From the NCBI GenBank assembly GCA_024401805.1, contig JAKSKG010000001.1:1-59581 (forward strand): a stretch of 59,581 nt of DNA, given 5' to 3'. Source of the DNA: Bacteroidales bacterium (GTDB lineage Bacteria > Bacteroidota > Bacteroidia > Bacteroidales > UBA932). Positions 47,700 through 58,810 of the stretch are shown piece after piece; the first letter of the stretch is position 1; every line of letters starts with the position of its first letter. Both the position numbers and the translations under genes were made by a program. The notes below the pieces were generated by a model. That model had not been told where the DNA came from. It did no database searches and saw only the letters and a program-made list of their open reading frames with translations.

Positions 47700-48722
47700 A
47701 TGAAACGGATTATTACAACAATGGCATTCTTGTCCCTGGCGCTTGCCTCATTCGGCCAGGACAATCTTCAACAGGCTCTTGACGAGGCTGCCCAGGCCAT
47801 CGAGAACGCCGGGAAAGTCCAGGCCGAGCCTCAAAAGCCGAATTACTGGAAAACCAGTGCCGTAACCGATCTGGGATTCAACCAGACCAGCCTTACGAAC
47901 TGGGCGGCGGGAGGATACAACACACTGAACCTCAGCGCAGCATTTGACGCGCAGGCAAACTTCAGCAAGAAACTTATGAACTGGAGCAACCGTCTCCAGC
48001 TCAACTATGCTTTCCTGTGGTCCGCGGACAAGGTGGACCTTATCCAAAAGAGCGCAGACCGTATCTACCTCGAAAGCAAATGGACCTACAGGACCGGAGA
48101 AAACTCCAAATGGAACTACAGTGCATCCTACGATTTCCGCTCTCAGTTCACAGATACCAAGGACAAGTACGAAAAGAACGAGATTACCGGCAAATGGGAC
48201 GGAACGCTGAAGTCTTCCTTCTTTGCTCCGGCATATACGAACATAGCGTTCGGTATGGACTGGAAGCCGAACAACTGGTTTGACGTGAGCATTGCGCCTC
48301 TGACCGGAGGCTTCACCATCTGCAATATGGAGATACTGCGTCAGAGTTATGGTATGAAGCTCAAGGACGAGGGGCTGGATGCCTCGGAAGGCGCGAATTA
48401 CCGCTCCGCCCTGTTCCAGTTCGGTGCCCAGATGAAAGCCAACGCCAGATGGACCGTCAATGACGTGTTCGGAATAGAGACACAGCTGGTACTCTTCACG
48501 GACTACCTTAACGACCCTTTCCGCAAGACGAGGGTGAACTGGGACAACAAAATCAGCTGGCAGCTCGGCAAATATTTCAAGATCAGCGCCAACACCTGGC
48601 TGATCTACGATCCTATCGTCCTTATCAAGAATGACGCCCATCCGGAAGGCACACAAATGATACAGTTCAAGGAATTCCTTTCCTTCAACTTCACTTATAC
48701 ATTCAAGAGCCTGGCACGATGA
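47700..48722 (+). CDS. DUF3078 family outer-membrane protein
   Basis: Signal peptide; FNQTSLTNWAAGG, FRSQF, FFAPAY. Confidence 0.8.
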   Translation: MKRIITTMAFLSLALASFGQDNLQQALDEAAQAIENAGKVQAEPQKPNYWKTSAVTDLGFNQTSLTNWAAGGYNTLNLSAAFDAQANFSKKLMNWSNRLQLNYAFLWSADKVDLIQKSADRIYLESKWTYRTGENSKWNYSASYDFRSQFTDTKDKYEKNEITGKWDGTLKSSFFAPAYTNIAFGMDWKPNNWFDVSIAPLTGGFTICNMEILRQSYGMKLKDEGLDASEGANYRSALFQFGAQMKANARWTVNDVFGIETQLVLFTDYLNDPFRKTRVNWDNKISWQLGKYFKISANTWLIYDPIVLIKNDAHPEGTQMIQFKEFLSFNFTYTFKSLAR

Positions 48723-50008
48723 AGGTCCTGCTTGCAGTCAGCGGAGGGATAGATTCCATGTATATGGCAAACAAGGCTCCGGAGCTTTTCCCCGGGGCCT
48801 CTTTTGCCGTCGCCCACTGCAATTTCGGCCTGCGGTCGGAGGAATCGGACGGCGACGAACAGTTCGTCCGGGAATGGGCATCGAAGCAAGGGATGCCTCT
48901 TTTCGTAAAGAGGTTCGATACCCGGGAATATGCCGCATCGAAGCATATCAGCATCGAGATGGCGGCAAGGGAACTGCGCTACGACTGGTTCGCGCAGCTT
49001 TGCAGGGAGCAGGGCTTCGATGCGGTAAGCGTAGCCCACAACGCCAATGACAACGCCGAGACTCTGATGCTCAACCTGCTCAGGGGAACCGGTTCCAAGG
49101 GTTTGCGCGGAATGAGCGGAAGCAGTTCCGTCAACGGACTAACCATACTCAGGCCTCTGCTCGGAACGGAAAGGAGAGAAATCTCCGAATGGATGCAGAG
49201 CAAAGGCTTCGGATGGAGGGAAGACCGCAGCAATTCGGAAAACGTCTACAAGAGGAACAGCATACGCAACGAGGTGTTCCCGGTATTCGGCCGGATAAAC
49301 CCGTCGTTCCTCGGGACGCTCGGCTCCGATATGCAGCATTTCCGCGACATAGATGACATTGCCGACGACTATTACCGCAAGTCCGGATTCGATCCCGGCA
49401 GCATAGACCTGGGCCTGCTGACTCGGGACAAGCATTGGAAATATCTGCTTTTCAGGCTTACGGAAGGCAAACTCAGCGCGGCGCAGCTGAATTCGCTGCA
49501 GGCATCGGTCCAGAGCGGGAACCAGCTGAACGGCAAAAGGTTCGGGCCCTATGTGGTGTCCGGAATGAAACTTGTCGAGCACAACATCACCGAAGGAGAC
49601 GGCTGCATGGTGGTGGAAGGTCCGGGAACATACAGTTTCAACGGCCGCAGTTTCCGTATCGAAGAGATTCCCGCACTGGAACTGGAATCGGCCAGACAGC
49701 CGGAAGGGATTATCGTGGCGGATTCCTCTGTGATGAAGTTTCCCTTCCTTCTGCGCGGATGGAAGGCAGGCGACTATCTTAACCCTCTGGGGATGAACGG
49801 GAAAAAGAAGCTCAGCGACCTGTTCGTGGACATAAGGCAGGGAGCGGACAAGAAAGACAGCGCCGTGGTTGCCGTATGTCCGGAGTTCAGCGGGGAGGAC
49901 GGTTCACACGTTGCGGCCCTGCTGTGCCTCAGAATAGACAAAGCGGTCCGGATAAGTGAAAAAGCTTCATCGGTAGTAAGGATAACGGAAGTCTATTCGT
50001 CAATATAG
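48719..50008 (+). CDS. tilS: tRNA(Ile)-lysidine synthetase
   Basis: AVSGGIDS, HCNFGLR, ARELRY, AHNANDNAET, RPLL. Confidence 0.95.
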   Translation: MKVLLAVSGGIDSMYMANKAPELFPGASFAVAHCNFGLRSEESDGDEQFVREWASKQGMPLFVKRFDTREYAASKHISIEMAARELRYDWFAQLCREQGFDAVSVAHNANDNAETLMLNLLRGTGSKGLRGMSGSSSVNGLTILRPLLGTERREISEWMQSKGFGWREDRSNSENVYKRNSIRNEVFPVFGRINPSFLGTLGSDMQHFRDIDDIADDYYRKSGFDPGSIDLGLLTRDKHWKYLLFRLTEGKLSAAQLNSLQASVQSGNQLNGKRFGPYVVSGMKLVEHNITEGDGCMVVEGPGTYSFNGRSFRIEEIPALELESARQPEGIIVADSSVMKFPFLLRGWKAGDYLNPLGMNGKKKLSDLFVDIRQGADKKDSAVVAVCPEFSGEDGSHVAALLCLRIDKAVRISEKASSVVRITEVYSSI

Positions 50009-50283
50009 ACATCTTCTTCGGGAGAGCAGAACCCGTAGGTCTCGCGGGCGAACTTTTCCAGACTGTCGCGGTTCGTCACAAGATCCTCTATCCTGGAATC
50101 AAGACGGACATTATCTTCCTTGAGGGCCTCTATCCGCTTCTCCTGCTGGTTCAGGGTGTGTCTTGTCTGTATCCATATGAGCACGTTGTCCCGCCTCATG
50201 AACATGAAAACCAGACATATCACCGCAGCGATGACGGCATACCTCCAAAAAGATTTCTTTATTGTGTTCTCATCCACTTCCAT
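49993..50283 (-). CDS. FtsB/DivIC family septum formation protein
   Basis: TM + coiled coil + LEKFARE...EEDVY. Confidence 0.85.
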   Translation of the reverse strand: MEVDENTIKKSFWRYAVIAAVICLVFMFMRRDNVLIWIQTRHTLNQQEKRIEALKEDNVRLDSRIEDLVTNRDSLEKFARETYGFCSPEEDVYIDE

Positions 50284-50342
50284 ATATCCGCAAATTTAGT
50301 TATTTTTGCAGAATACGAAATTTAATAACACCTCATATTTGT

Positions 50343-51272
50343 ATGAAACCAACATTACTTGTCCTTGCTGCGGGAATGGGAAGCCGGTACGGCGGACTCA
50401 AGCAGATGGATGGACTCGGTCCTCACGAAGAAACAATCATTGACTATTCAATCTATGATGCAGTCGCATCGGGGTTCGGAAAAGTCGTATACATAGTACG
50501 GGAGTATTTCAAGGAGGAGTTTGAGAAACTTGTAGAGAAGAAATACAAGAACGTGAAATGTGTTGACGGAGAGCCTCTGCAGTTCGTATTCGTAACGCAG
50601 GAACTGGACAAGATCCCTCAGGGATACACTGTCAATCCGGAAAGGCAGAAACCTTGGGGAACCGCCCACGCCGTACTTATGGCCAAGGATGTCATCAACG
50701 AACCGTTCGCCGTCATCAACGGAGATGATTATTACGGAAAGGATTCATTCAAGATACTCGGAGACTGGTGCCGTGAACACGAGGGAACAAAAGGTGCGTA
50801 TTGCGTGATCGGTTTCGAGCTCGACAACACCTTGAGCGAGAACGGACTCGTTTCAAGAGGCATCTGCCACTATGACTCCAAGAGGCATCTCACCGATATC
50901 GTGGAGCACCTCAACATCGGATCGGACCAGGACGGTGTCGTAACCGGTGACAACACTCAGACCCAGGAACACGTCAAGCTTGCCGCTAAGGACCTTTGCT
51001 CGATGAACATGTGGGGCTTCACCCCGGACTACTTCCAGAAGAGCGAGGAAGTGTTCAAGTCATTCCTTGAAAAGAGCGGACAGGAACTCAAGACCGAATT
51101 CTATATCCCATATGCAATAGACAACATGATCAAGGCCGGCACAGCCACCTGTGACGTACTCTCCACACCATCGCACTGGTTCGGAGTAACTTACAAGGAA
51201 GACCGTCCTTCCGTTGTCGCCAAATTCGCAGAACTTGTTGAAAAGGGCATTTATCCTTCACCTCTTTACTAA
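50343..51272 (+). CDS. Sugar-phosphate nucleotidyltransferase family protein
   Basis: LAAGMGSRYGGLKQ, KPWGTAHA, VINGDD. Confidence 0.88.
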   Translation: MKPTLLVLAAGMGSRYGGLKQMDGLGPHEETIIDYSIYDAVASGFGKVVYIVREYFKEEFEKLVEKKYKNVKCVDGEPLQFVFVTQELDKIPQGYTVNPERQKPWGTAHAVLMAKDVINEPFAVINGDDYYGKDSFKILGDWCREHEGTKGAYCVIGFELDNTLSENGLVSRGICHYDSKRHLTDIVEHLNIGSDQDGVVTGDNTQTQEHVKLAAKDLCSMNMWGFTPDYFQKSEEVFKSFLEKSGQELKTEFYIPYAIDNMIKAGTATCDVLSTPSHWFGVTYKEDRPSVVAKFAELVEKGIYPSPLY

Positions 51273-51273
51273 T

Positions 51274-52161
51274 ATGAAAAGGACCAGGAATTTCAATTAC
51301 CTGAGCCACCATACCTACTACCTCCCCACTGTGGGAGGTATGTTTGGTCTATTGGGGTGGCTCCTTGTAGGCAGTCTTCTGGGAAATATAGCCACTGTTA
51401 TATTTTCCCTGATACTCAAGCCGGATGATGCAATCCAGTACGGAATGCTCGTGTCATATCCGCTGATGTTCATCCCGGCAATGATGTATTCCGCATATAA
51501 GAGCCGCACCAACTGCATCAACAAGTCCGGGGCATTGCTGGACAACAACCATTTCGGCAGACGCGGTGGCATATTATGCGGCATCATGGTATCCGTGGCA
51601 ACTCTGGCGGCAGCATTCTGCACAGATGCTATATCCGACCTGATGCCTCAGATGCCGGATGCGCTCAAACAGATATTCGAATCCATTACGGAAGGTTCAC
51701 TTTGGGCCAATCTCCTGTGCGTTGCCGTGTTTGCTCCTATATTCGAGGAATGGCTGTGCCGTGGAATGGTCCTGAGAGGTCTGTTGTTCAAGATGAAACC
51801 GGTCTGGGCTGTCATCATTTCCGCAGCTTTCTTCGCACTCATTCACGGAAATCCGTGGCAGGCAGTTCCGGCCTTCATACTCGGATGCATGTTCGGATAT
51901 GTATATTACAAGACGGGGTCCCTCAAACTCACCATGCTCATGCACTGCGTGAACAACGGTTTTGCCGTAATCATAAGCCATACGGAAAAGTTCCGGGATA
52001 TTGAAAGCTGGATGGAGGTGTTCCCTGGCAGGCAATACTGGATCATATTCGCAGCCTGCATCCTGGTTCTTATACTTGTCATCAAGAATTTTGCAGACAT
52101 CCCTTTGGAAAAAGGCAAGCGCTGCAACTGTGACGAGGTTCCTTCTCTCTTTGAACAGTAA
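51274..52161 (+). CDS. CPBP (CAAX/Abi) intramembrane protease
   Basis: EEWLCRG, FALIH, HCVNN. Confidence 0.9.
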   Translation: MKRTRNFNYLSHHTYYLPTVGGMFGLLGWLLVGSLLGNIATVIFSLILKPDDAIQYGMLVSYPLMFIPAMMYSAYKSRTNCINKSGALLDNNHFGRRGGILCGIMVSVATLAAAFCTDAISDLMPQMPDALKQIFESITEGSLWANLLCVAVFAPIFEEWLCRGMVLRGLLFKMKPVWAVIISAAFFALIHGNPWQAVPAFILGCMFGYVYYKTGSLKLTMLMHCVNNGFAVIISHTEKFRDIESWMEVFPGRQYWIIFAACILVLILVIKNFADIPLEKGKRCNCDEVPSLFEQ

Positions 52162-52172
52162 CGGGATTCGGT

Positions 52173-52850
52173 ATGCTGGTAGTATTGGAAGGATTGGACG
52201 GGGCCGGCAAATCCACTCAGGTGGCACTGCTCCGCAGTTACCTGGAACAGCGTTGCTCCTCGTTGGAATATATTCATTTCCCCAGATATGATGCTCCTGT
52301 ATACGGCGGCCTCATAGGAAAGTTCCTCCGTGGAGGGTTCGGGGCGATAGACAAGGTACATCCCCAGTTGGTTGCACTGCTGTTCGCTGAGGACCGCAGG
52401 GATGCTTCGGGCGTGATACGCCAGGCTCTTGACCAGGGAAAGACAGTACTTCTGGACCGTTACGTATATTCAAACATAGCCTACCAGTGCGCCAAACTTT
52501 CCGATGCGGACGAAGTGCCTGAACTCAGGGACTGGATATTCGACACCGAATACAACAGGTTCGGAATCCCACGTCCGGACCTCAACATATTTCTGGACGT
52601 TCCGATCGACTTTGTAAAGGAAAGTCTTGCAGGCAACAGGGCCGGTGGGGACCGGGACTACCTTGAAGGCGCGCAGGACATCCACGAGGCCGACATAGCC
52701 TTTCAGGCCAGAGTACGGGACATGTATCGTGCACAGGCTGCGGCAGATTCCTCTTTCATACCTGTAGACTGCTCCGACCCGCAAGGACGGATGCTGCCTG
52801 CAGATTCCATCTTCGAAAAGATAAAAGCCATTGTGGACGCCGCATTATGA
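52173..52850 (+). CDS. tmk: Thymidylate kinase
   Basis: EGLDGAGKSTQ, LDRYVYS, PDL. Confidence 0.93.
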   Translation: MLVVLEGLDGAGKSTQVALLRSYLEQRCSSLEYIHFPRYDAPVYGGLIGKFLRGGFGAIDKVHPQLVALLFAEDRRDASGVIRQALDQGKTVLLDRYVYSNIAYQCAKLSDADEVPELRDWIFDTEYNRFGIPRPDLNIFLDVPIDFVKESLAGNRAGGDRDYLEGAQDIHEADIAFQARVRDMYRAQAAADSSFIPVDCSDPQGRMLPADSIFEKIKAIVDAAL

Positions 52851-53857
52851 AGGCTCTGAGAAGGTTCTGCGCAGTTCTGGCCGGCTTTGTATTTTATGTA
52901 TCCGGCATACTCAAACTTATGGACCCGGTGGGTACGTCGCTGATCGTAGGCGAGTATCTGCGCTTCTTTCATATCGCTTTCCTCGGGTTCGGGGCGAAAG
53001 CTATCGGCGTCGTCCTATCCTTGGTAGAGGCCAGCCTCGGGGCCGCATTGCTGACCGGCGTTTTCAGAAAGATCACAGCACTGGTTTCCGGCATAATGAT
53101 GACATTCTTCACCATCATCACCCTGGTGCTTTGGATTGCAAATCCCGTAATGGACTGCGGGTGCTTCGGAGAGGCTTTGCACCTGACTCATCTGCAGAGC
53201 CTGCTCAAGAATCTTGTATTGTGCGTATTGTGCGCGGTCGCATTCCTCCCTCTTTCCGGGTTGGGTGAGCCCCGCAAACTCAAATATGCAGGGTTTTTCC
53301 TCGCCGAGCTTTCCACGATGGCATTCTGCATATTCTCCCTGACCACCCTGCCTCTAAAGGATTATACACCTATGAATTGCGGGACGGAACTCGGCATCGA
53401 GGGAGAAAGCGGTCTTGAGGACCTCCCTACCCTATCCTTCTTCGACGGGAATGGAGAATACTGCGATTCTCTTGCCGTATCTGCCAACGTAATGGTCGTA
53501 AGCATATACAATCCGTCCTCCTTCAGGAAATGGGACAAGCTGTCCGAGTTCCGTTCTGATGCAGGTAAAAACGGATTCCGTACACTTGTGCTTGCAAGTG
53601 ACGACACTCCTGCGGACAGCTACTTTGCAGACCGCAGGACTCTTATGACGCTTAACCGTTCCAACGGAGGGGTAACGTATATTTCAGACGGGCAGATTGT
53701 TGCCAAATGGCCCGCAGTAGGGCGTCCGGATTTCACAGAACTTCAGGAAATTTCGGAATCCGATCCGGATCAGGTACTGTCGGACAAGCTGTCCAGGAAC
53801 AAGCTCGTCTTCCAGGGGTACCTTCTTTACGTGTTCGCAGTGATGCTTCTGCTCTAG
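52847..53857 (+). CDS. DoxX/MauE-like membrane protein
   Basis: SGILK..DP.G, DCGCFG, RSNGG. Confidence 0.8.
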   Translation: MKALRRFCAVLAGFVFYVSGILKLMDPVGTSLIVGEYLRFFHIAFLGFGAKAIGVVLSLVEASLGAALLTGVFRKITALVSGIMMTFFTIITLVLWIANPVMDCGCFGEALHLTHLQSLLKNLVLCVLCAVAFLPLSGLGEPRKLKYAGFFLAELSTMAFCIFSLTTLPLKDYTPMNCGTELGIEGESGLEDLPTLSFFDGNGEYCDSLAVSANVMVVSIYNPSSFRKWDKLSEFRSDAGKNGFRTLVLASDDTPADSYFADRRTLMTLNRSNGGVTYISDGQIVAKWPAVGRPDFTELQEISESDPDQVLSDKLSRNKLVFQGYLLYVFAVMLLL

Positions 53858-55602
53858 AAAGAGAGTCTTATCTGATATGGCATGACGGCAATGTCCTTGC
53901 GGACCTTGATTCCGTCCACCATTGATGCCAGCACGTCTTCACCATCAGGCAAACCTGCCATCTTTGCCACAATCTGCTGGAAAGCGGTCATAGGAGCAGG
54001 ATACTCCGTCACCGCCCAGTTCTCGGGATCCTCCCCTCCGGCAGCTACAGCAGCCCAATGAATGGCATCGGAAAGGGTTCCTATCTCGTCCACAAGCCCC
54101 TTTGTCTCGGCCTCGGCACCAGTCCAGACTCTGCCCTGCCCTATTTCGTCGACATACTCGGGATCAAGTCCCCGTCCGGCGCTGACTATGCTTACAAATC
54201 TGTCATATACAGTCTCTATCGACTTGTGCAGGTAGTCCTGTTCCGCAGCGTCAAGAGGTCTTGTCATCGAATACATGTCCCCGTGCTCATTGGAACATAC
54301 AGGAGTGACAGTGACGTGGGCCACGTTCTTAAGGGTTCCGCTTATGTCCGGAATAGCGGAGAACACACCTATCGAGCCTGTGAGCGTAACGGCATCGGAG
54401 AATATCTTCTGGCAGTTGTTGGAAATCCAGTATCCGCCCGATGCGGCATAGTCTCCGAACGATGCCACCAGAGGCTTGGACTCTCCGAGCAGGTCCAGTT
54501 CCGCCTTTATCTTTTCGGATGCGAGTACGCTTCCGCCAGGTGAGTTCACTCTGAGCACAACGGCCTTGACGGTGGAGTCCGCCCTTACCTTGGCTATGAC
54601 AGACGCGAACCTGTCCCCTGCCACCTGCTCCGGTTCTTTTCCGTCAACGATCTGACCGTCTGCATATATCACGGCTATTGAACGTTTCTCTATCTTGGTA
54701 GGAAGCAGCTTTGCTGCGGCATAGGTTGGAAGTCCGACAAATTTTACTTCCTTGTATTTCTCGACTCCGGCAAGCGCCGCAAGTTTGTCCTTGAGCTGGT
54801 CTGCGGTGAGCAGTTCGTCCACCAGCTTGCAATCCAGGAAATCCTGGGGTCCTACAAGCTTGAGAGCGTTTATGGCCGCATTGATCTCGTCCACCGTAAT
54901 GTCCCTGCTTGCAGCAATCTGGGATGACAGGGTGTTCCAGATAGAGTTTATCATCTCCTGGTTCTGTTCCATATTCTCCTGGCTGGAGCTGCTGCGGACG
55001 AACATCTCGCCGGCAGACTTGTATTTTCCGTGCCTGATAAGCTGCACGTTCACGCCGAGTTTGTCAAGAAGGTCCTTGAGGAATATCAGCTGGCTGCTCA
55101 CGCCGGTGAACATCTGGGATGCGCCTATGTGGGATGTCATATAGACCTTGTCCGCCACAGAGGCCAGATAGTATCCTCCCGTGGTAGGGGCCTCGGTGTA
55201 TGCGACAACCGGTTTGCCGCTCTCCCTGAAGAATTCCAGGGCCTTGCGGAGTTCCTCCAATGATGCGAGACTCTCATTCATCGAATTGTCCGGAAGTATG
55301 TATATGCACTTGACCGAAGGGTCTGCTGCGGCAGCCTTGACGGCCTTGACGGCCTTGAGCAGCTGGATGCTTTCCATCTTTGAGCCGCCTATCAGGGCCA
55401 TAGGATTGGAGGCAGGAGTATTCTCGCACATCACCATTGTGGAAAGGTCTATCTTCAGGATCCCGGACTTAGGCAGAGGCTGCTGTACGGAACCGGCAGC
55501 GGCTATTCCGCCGATGGTTCCAATGGTAAGGATGACGCTGAGAACCGACACTATAAACAAGCCGCAGATTACGGCAAGGGTCATTTTGACAAAATCTTTC
55601 AT
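53854..55602 (-). CDS. sppA: Signal peptide peptidase SppA (67K type)
   Basis: RHGKYKSAGE, RVNSPGGS, AASGGYWIS, TGSIGV, QGRVWTG. Confidence 0.95.
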   Translation of the reverse strand: MKDFVKMTLAVICGLFIVSVLSVILTIGTIGGIAAAGSVQQPLPKSGILKIDLSTMVMCENTPASNPMALIGGSKMESIQLLKAVKAVKAAAADPSVKCIYILPDNSMNESLASLEELRKALEFFRESGKPVVAYTEAPTTGGYYLASVADKVYMTSHIGASQMFTGVSSQLIFLKDLLDKLGVNVQLIRHGKYKSAGEMFVRSSSSQENMEQNQEMINSIWNTLSSQIAASRDITVDEINAAINALKLVGPQDFLDCKLVDELLTADQLKDKLAALAGVEKYKEVKFVGLPTYAAAKLLPTKIEKRSIAVIYADGQIVDGKEPEQVAGDRFASVIAKVRADSTVKAVVLRVNSPGGSVLASEKIKAELDLLGESKPLVASFGDYAASGGYWISNNCQKIFSDAVTLTGSIGVFSAIPDISGTLKNVAHVTVTPVCSNEHGDMYSMTRPLDAAEQDYLHKSIETVYDRFVSIVSAGRGLDPEYVDEIGQGRVWTGAEAETKGLVDEIGTLSDAIHWAAVAAGGEDPENWAVTEYPAPMTAFQQIVAKMAGLPDGEDVLASMVDGIKVRKDIAVMPYQIRLSF

Positions 55603-55656
55603 ATCAGACGGATAATTTGAGCAAAAGTAACTAAATTTGTGTGAATTCACAGATAT

Positions 55657-57006
55657 ATGGCACAGAAACCTTCAATACCTAAGGGCACACGCGATTTCTC
55701 TCAGCAGGAGATGGCCCAGCGAAATTATATCTTCGACACGATAAAAAGCGTTTTCCGCACATACGGATATGCACAGATAGAGACTCCGGCCATGGAGAAC
55801 CTTTCCACGCTTATGGGCAAATACGGGGAGGAGGGCGACAAGCTCCTGTACAGAATCCTTAACTCCGGAGACGCTTTCGCAGGGATAGACGAATCCAAAC
55901 CCATTGTCTCCCAGATTTGTGAGAAAGGCCTCAGATATGACCTCACAGTGCCTTTTGCAAGGTTCGTGGTCCAGCACCAGAACGAGCTCTCATTTCCTTT
56001 CAAGAGATTCCAGATTCAGCCGGTATGGCGTGCCGACCGCCCTCAGAAAGGCCGCTATCGCGAATTCTATCAGTGTGACGTGGACGCGATTGGCAGCAAG
56101 TCACAGCTCTGCGAGCTCGAGCTCATACAGATCATCGACGAGGTGTTCCACAGGCTGGACGTCAACGTATGCATCAAGATAAACAACCGCAAGGTGCTCA
56201 CCGGCCTTGCCGAGGCGTGCGGATTCCCGGACAAGGTGGTTGACATCACCGTGGCTATCGACAAGCTGGACAAGATAGGACTGGATGCCGTCAAGGCGGA
56301 GATGCTCGAAAAGGGGCTGACTGCCGAGGCTGTCTCCCTGCTGGAGCCGGTTCTCCTGCTCAGCGGCAGCAATGAGGAAAAACTGTCCGCAATGCGCGGA
56401 ATCCTTTCCGGCTCTGCCGAGGGGCTCAAGGGCCTCGACGAACTCGAGGAACTCTTCGGCTACATAGGTACTGCCGGAATCGGCACAAAGTGCGAGATAG
56501 ATCTCTCCCTGGCACGAGGCCTCAACTACTACACCGGCGCCATCTTCGAAGTCAAGGCCCTGGACTGGCAGATAGGTTCCATCTGCGGAGGTGGCCGCTA
56601 TGACAACCTGACCGGAATCTTCGGACTCGCAGACATGTCCGGAGTGGGCGTAAGCTTCGGTGCGGACCGCATCTACGACGTGCTTTGCGGGCTCGGCAAA
56701 TATCCCGAGGGGCTCGGTTCTTCTTCCAAAGTACTGTTCGCAAATATGGATCCTGCTGCACTGCAGCTGGTACTTCCTGTGGCCGGAGCATTGCGCAGCA
56801 AGGGAGTTCCGGTAGAGATATATCCGGACTGCACCAAGCTCAAGAAGCAGTTCGACTATGCCGAGCGCAAAGGCATAGCCTTCATCTCCATCAACGGAAG
56901 CGACGAGGCCGCCGCCGGAGAGATTCAGATTAAAAATCTGGCATCCGGGGAGCAGAAACGCTTCGCGGCAAACGACATCGAGTCGCTTCTGAACTTCATA
57001 GGATAG
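55657..57006 (+). CDS. hisS: Histidine--tRNA ligase
   Basis: [42 protein letters not shown]. Confidence 0.97.
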   Translation: MAQKPSIPKGTRDFSQQEMAQRNYIFDTIKSVFRTYGYAQIETPAMENLSTLMGKYGEEGDKLLYRILNSGDAFAGIDESKPIVSQICEKGLRYDLTVPFARFVVQHQNELSFPFKRFQIQPVWRADRPQKGRYREFYQCDVDAIGSKSQLCELELIQIIDEVFHRLDVNVCIKINNRKVLTGLAEACGFPDKVVDITVAIDKLDKIGLDAVKAEMLEKGLTAEAVSLLEPVLLLSGSNEEKLSAMRGILSGSAEGLKGLDELEELFGYIGTAGIGTKCEIDLSLARGLNYYTGAIFEVKALDWQIGSICGGGRYDNLTGIFGLADMSGVGVSFGADRIYDVLCGLGKYPEGLGSSSKVLFANMDPAALQLVLPVAGALRSKGVPVEIYPDCTKLKKQFDYAERKGIAFISINGSDEAAAGEIQIKNLASGEQKRFAANDIESLLNFIG

Positions 57007-57078
57007 CTTTCGGCAGGAGTCCTTTCCGGGAAGTTTTGCTTTTTACAAAAAAAAGCTTACCTTTGCAATCCCAAACAT

Positions 57079-57151
<73 letters not shown>

Positions 57152-57153
57152 CG

Positions 57154-57186
57154 AAAAAGGACAAATCGCAAGGTTTGTCCTTTTTT
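57154..57186 (+). terminator. Terminator after tRNA-fMet
   Basis: AAAAAGGACAAATC-GCAA-GGTTTGTCC-T6. Confidence 0.85.
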
Positions 57187-57508
57187 GTGCGGTTTCGGTT
57201 CCGTAATTCATTGATATAAAGCGCGAAATACGAAGGGGGCTCGCTGACTGCGATGGTTAGAGGTCCGCAGATTTCAGAACCCAAAATAATATCCAAAAGG
57301 ATTCAAGATAAGGGTTGATTGGTCTATGAAAGCAAGGCTGCAATCCTCGAAGGCTGTTTTATTATTACTCTATTTCAATCTACGCTCTAAAGGCATTTTT
57401 TCGATATTTGGAGATTTCCTCCGAAATTTTCGCAAGTTGCATTGTAATATGCCAAATATTATTTCTATTTTTGTAGCAGTATTACGTTATTATTAAAAAC
57501 TTCTTAAT

Positions 57509-58810
57509 ATGATTAGAGAATTTTGGGTGGAAAATTTTCTGTCTATCAGAGATAAGCAGATATTAAATTTTGAGGCAAAAGGTCCTGAATCAGCATTAAT
57601 TTCAGAGGTTGATAACAATGTATTCCTATATAAACTGGGCATACTGTATGGAGCAAATGCTTCTGGAAAATCAAATATGCTTATAGCCTTAAATGAGGTA
57701 TTTCGAATACTTGTATATCCAAAGTCTGACGCATCTGTTGGGATTAGCGGATATCTCCCTTTTATCCTAGCAAAAGATAAACCTACCCAAATGTACGTTT
57801 CTTTTTACGCAGATAGCATCCGATATGACTATGAAGTAGTGTTTGACAAGAAGAGAATCACTCATGAATCCCTTCGGTATTATCCCAATGGATCTAAATT
57901 ATTATTCTACGAACGAACATTTATAGAAGAGAATGTTCAGGCAGACATTAAGTTTGGTCCTAGCCTCAAGTTAGCAGATAAGACAAAAGATAGCATTCGT
58001 GAAAACACGTTGAATAATCATAGCGTTCTATCTGTTTGTCGAAAGATTGCCTATAAAGAGGATATTGCTCCTTTCATCAAACTTCATAGTTGGATTATGG
58101 ATAACTACCATGATGTTGATGGGGATGGGGACGGTACAAAAGATAACAAAAAAGGCATTGTAGACATCATGAAGGCTGCATTTGAAAACCCCAGAAAGAG
58201 AAACTTCTATAATCAAATGCTTAATAAAGCCGATTTGAATATAGTTGAATTCATTCCAATTGTAAAAGACCGCATAGTACCAAATGATTTCCGAGAATGG
58301 GTTCAACAAGGAAATATACCAAACGACATAAAAGAAGACCTTCTTAAAACTACGATGGAATCAATTTCTTTTGTTAACAATTCGAATGAAGGTCATTTTA
58401 GCGTTCCATTATCTCTGCAATCAAGAGGGACTCAAAAATATATTCGGATTCTTGATGCATTATTTGATATGATTACTGGACAACAAGTCTTTTATTTGGA
58501 TGAATTAGGAGAGGACCTTCATTATGACTTGTTGTTCTATTATTTGAATGTATTTCTTTACAATTCCAATAAATCACAATTAATAATCACAAGCCAAGAA
58601 ACTGCGTTATTGTCACAAGACATTATCAATGAAAACAGGGGAGCCGTATGGTTTGTCGAAAAAAATAAAGATAAAGCTTCATCAGAATATTCACGAGGAG
58701 ACTCGTTTGGATTGCATAAAAATTTATCATTTTACAATTCTTATCGCATCGGACGACTCGGAGCAAAACCAGAACTAGGAAGTATTTTTGTGAATATAGA
58801 TGAAGAATAA
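57509..58810 (+). CDS. AAA_21 family ATPase (RloA/AbiLi-like)
   Basis: ENFLSI, Walker A GANASGKSN, SRGTQK signature, LDEL...LH, QLIITSQ, YRIGRLGA; AT-rich. Confidence 0.88.
   Translation: MIREFWVENFLSIRDKQILNFEAKGPESALISEVDNNVFLYKLGILYGANASGKSNMLIALNEVFRILVYPKSDASVGISGYLPFILAKDKPTQMYVSFYADSIRYDYEVVFDKKRITHESLRYYPNGSKLLFYERTFIEENVQADIKFGPSLKLADKTKDSIRENTLNNHSVLSVCRKIAYKEDIAPFIKLHSWIMDNYHDVDGDGDGTKDNKKGIVDIMKAAFENPRKRNFYNQMLNKADLNIVEFIPIVKDRIVPNDFREWVQQGNIPNDIKEDLLKTTMESISFVNNSNEGHFSVPLSLQSRGTQKYIRILDALFDMITGQQVFYLDELGEDLHYDLLFYYLNVFLYNSNKSQLIITSQETALLSQDIINENRGAVWFVEKNKDKASSEYSRGDSFGLHKNLSFYNSYRIGRLGAKPELGSIFVNIDEE

Noticed and set aside
51274-52161. CPBP/Abi protein as phage defence
   Set aside because: Standard CAAX-protease-family protein inside a housekeeping operon with tmk
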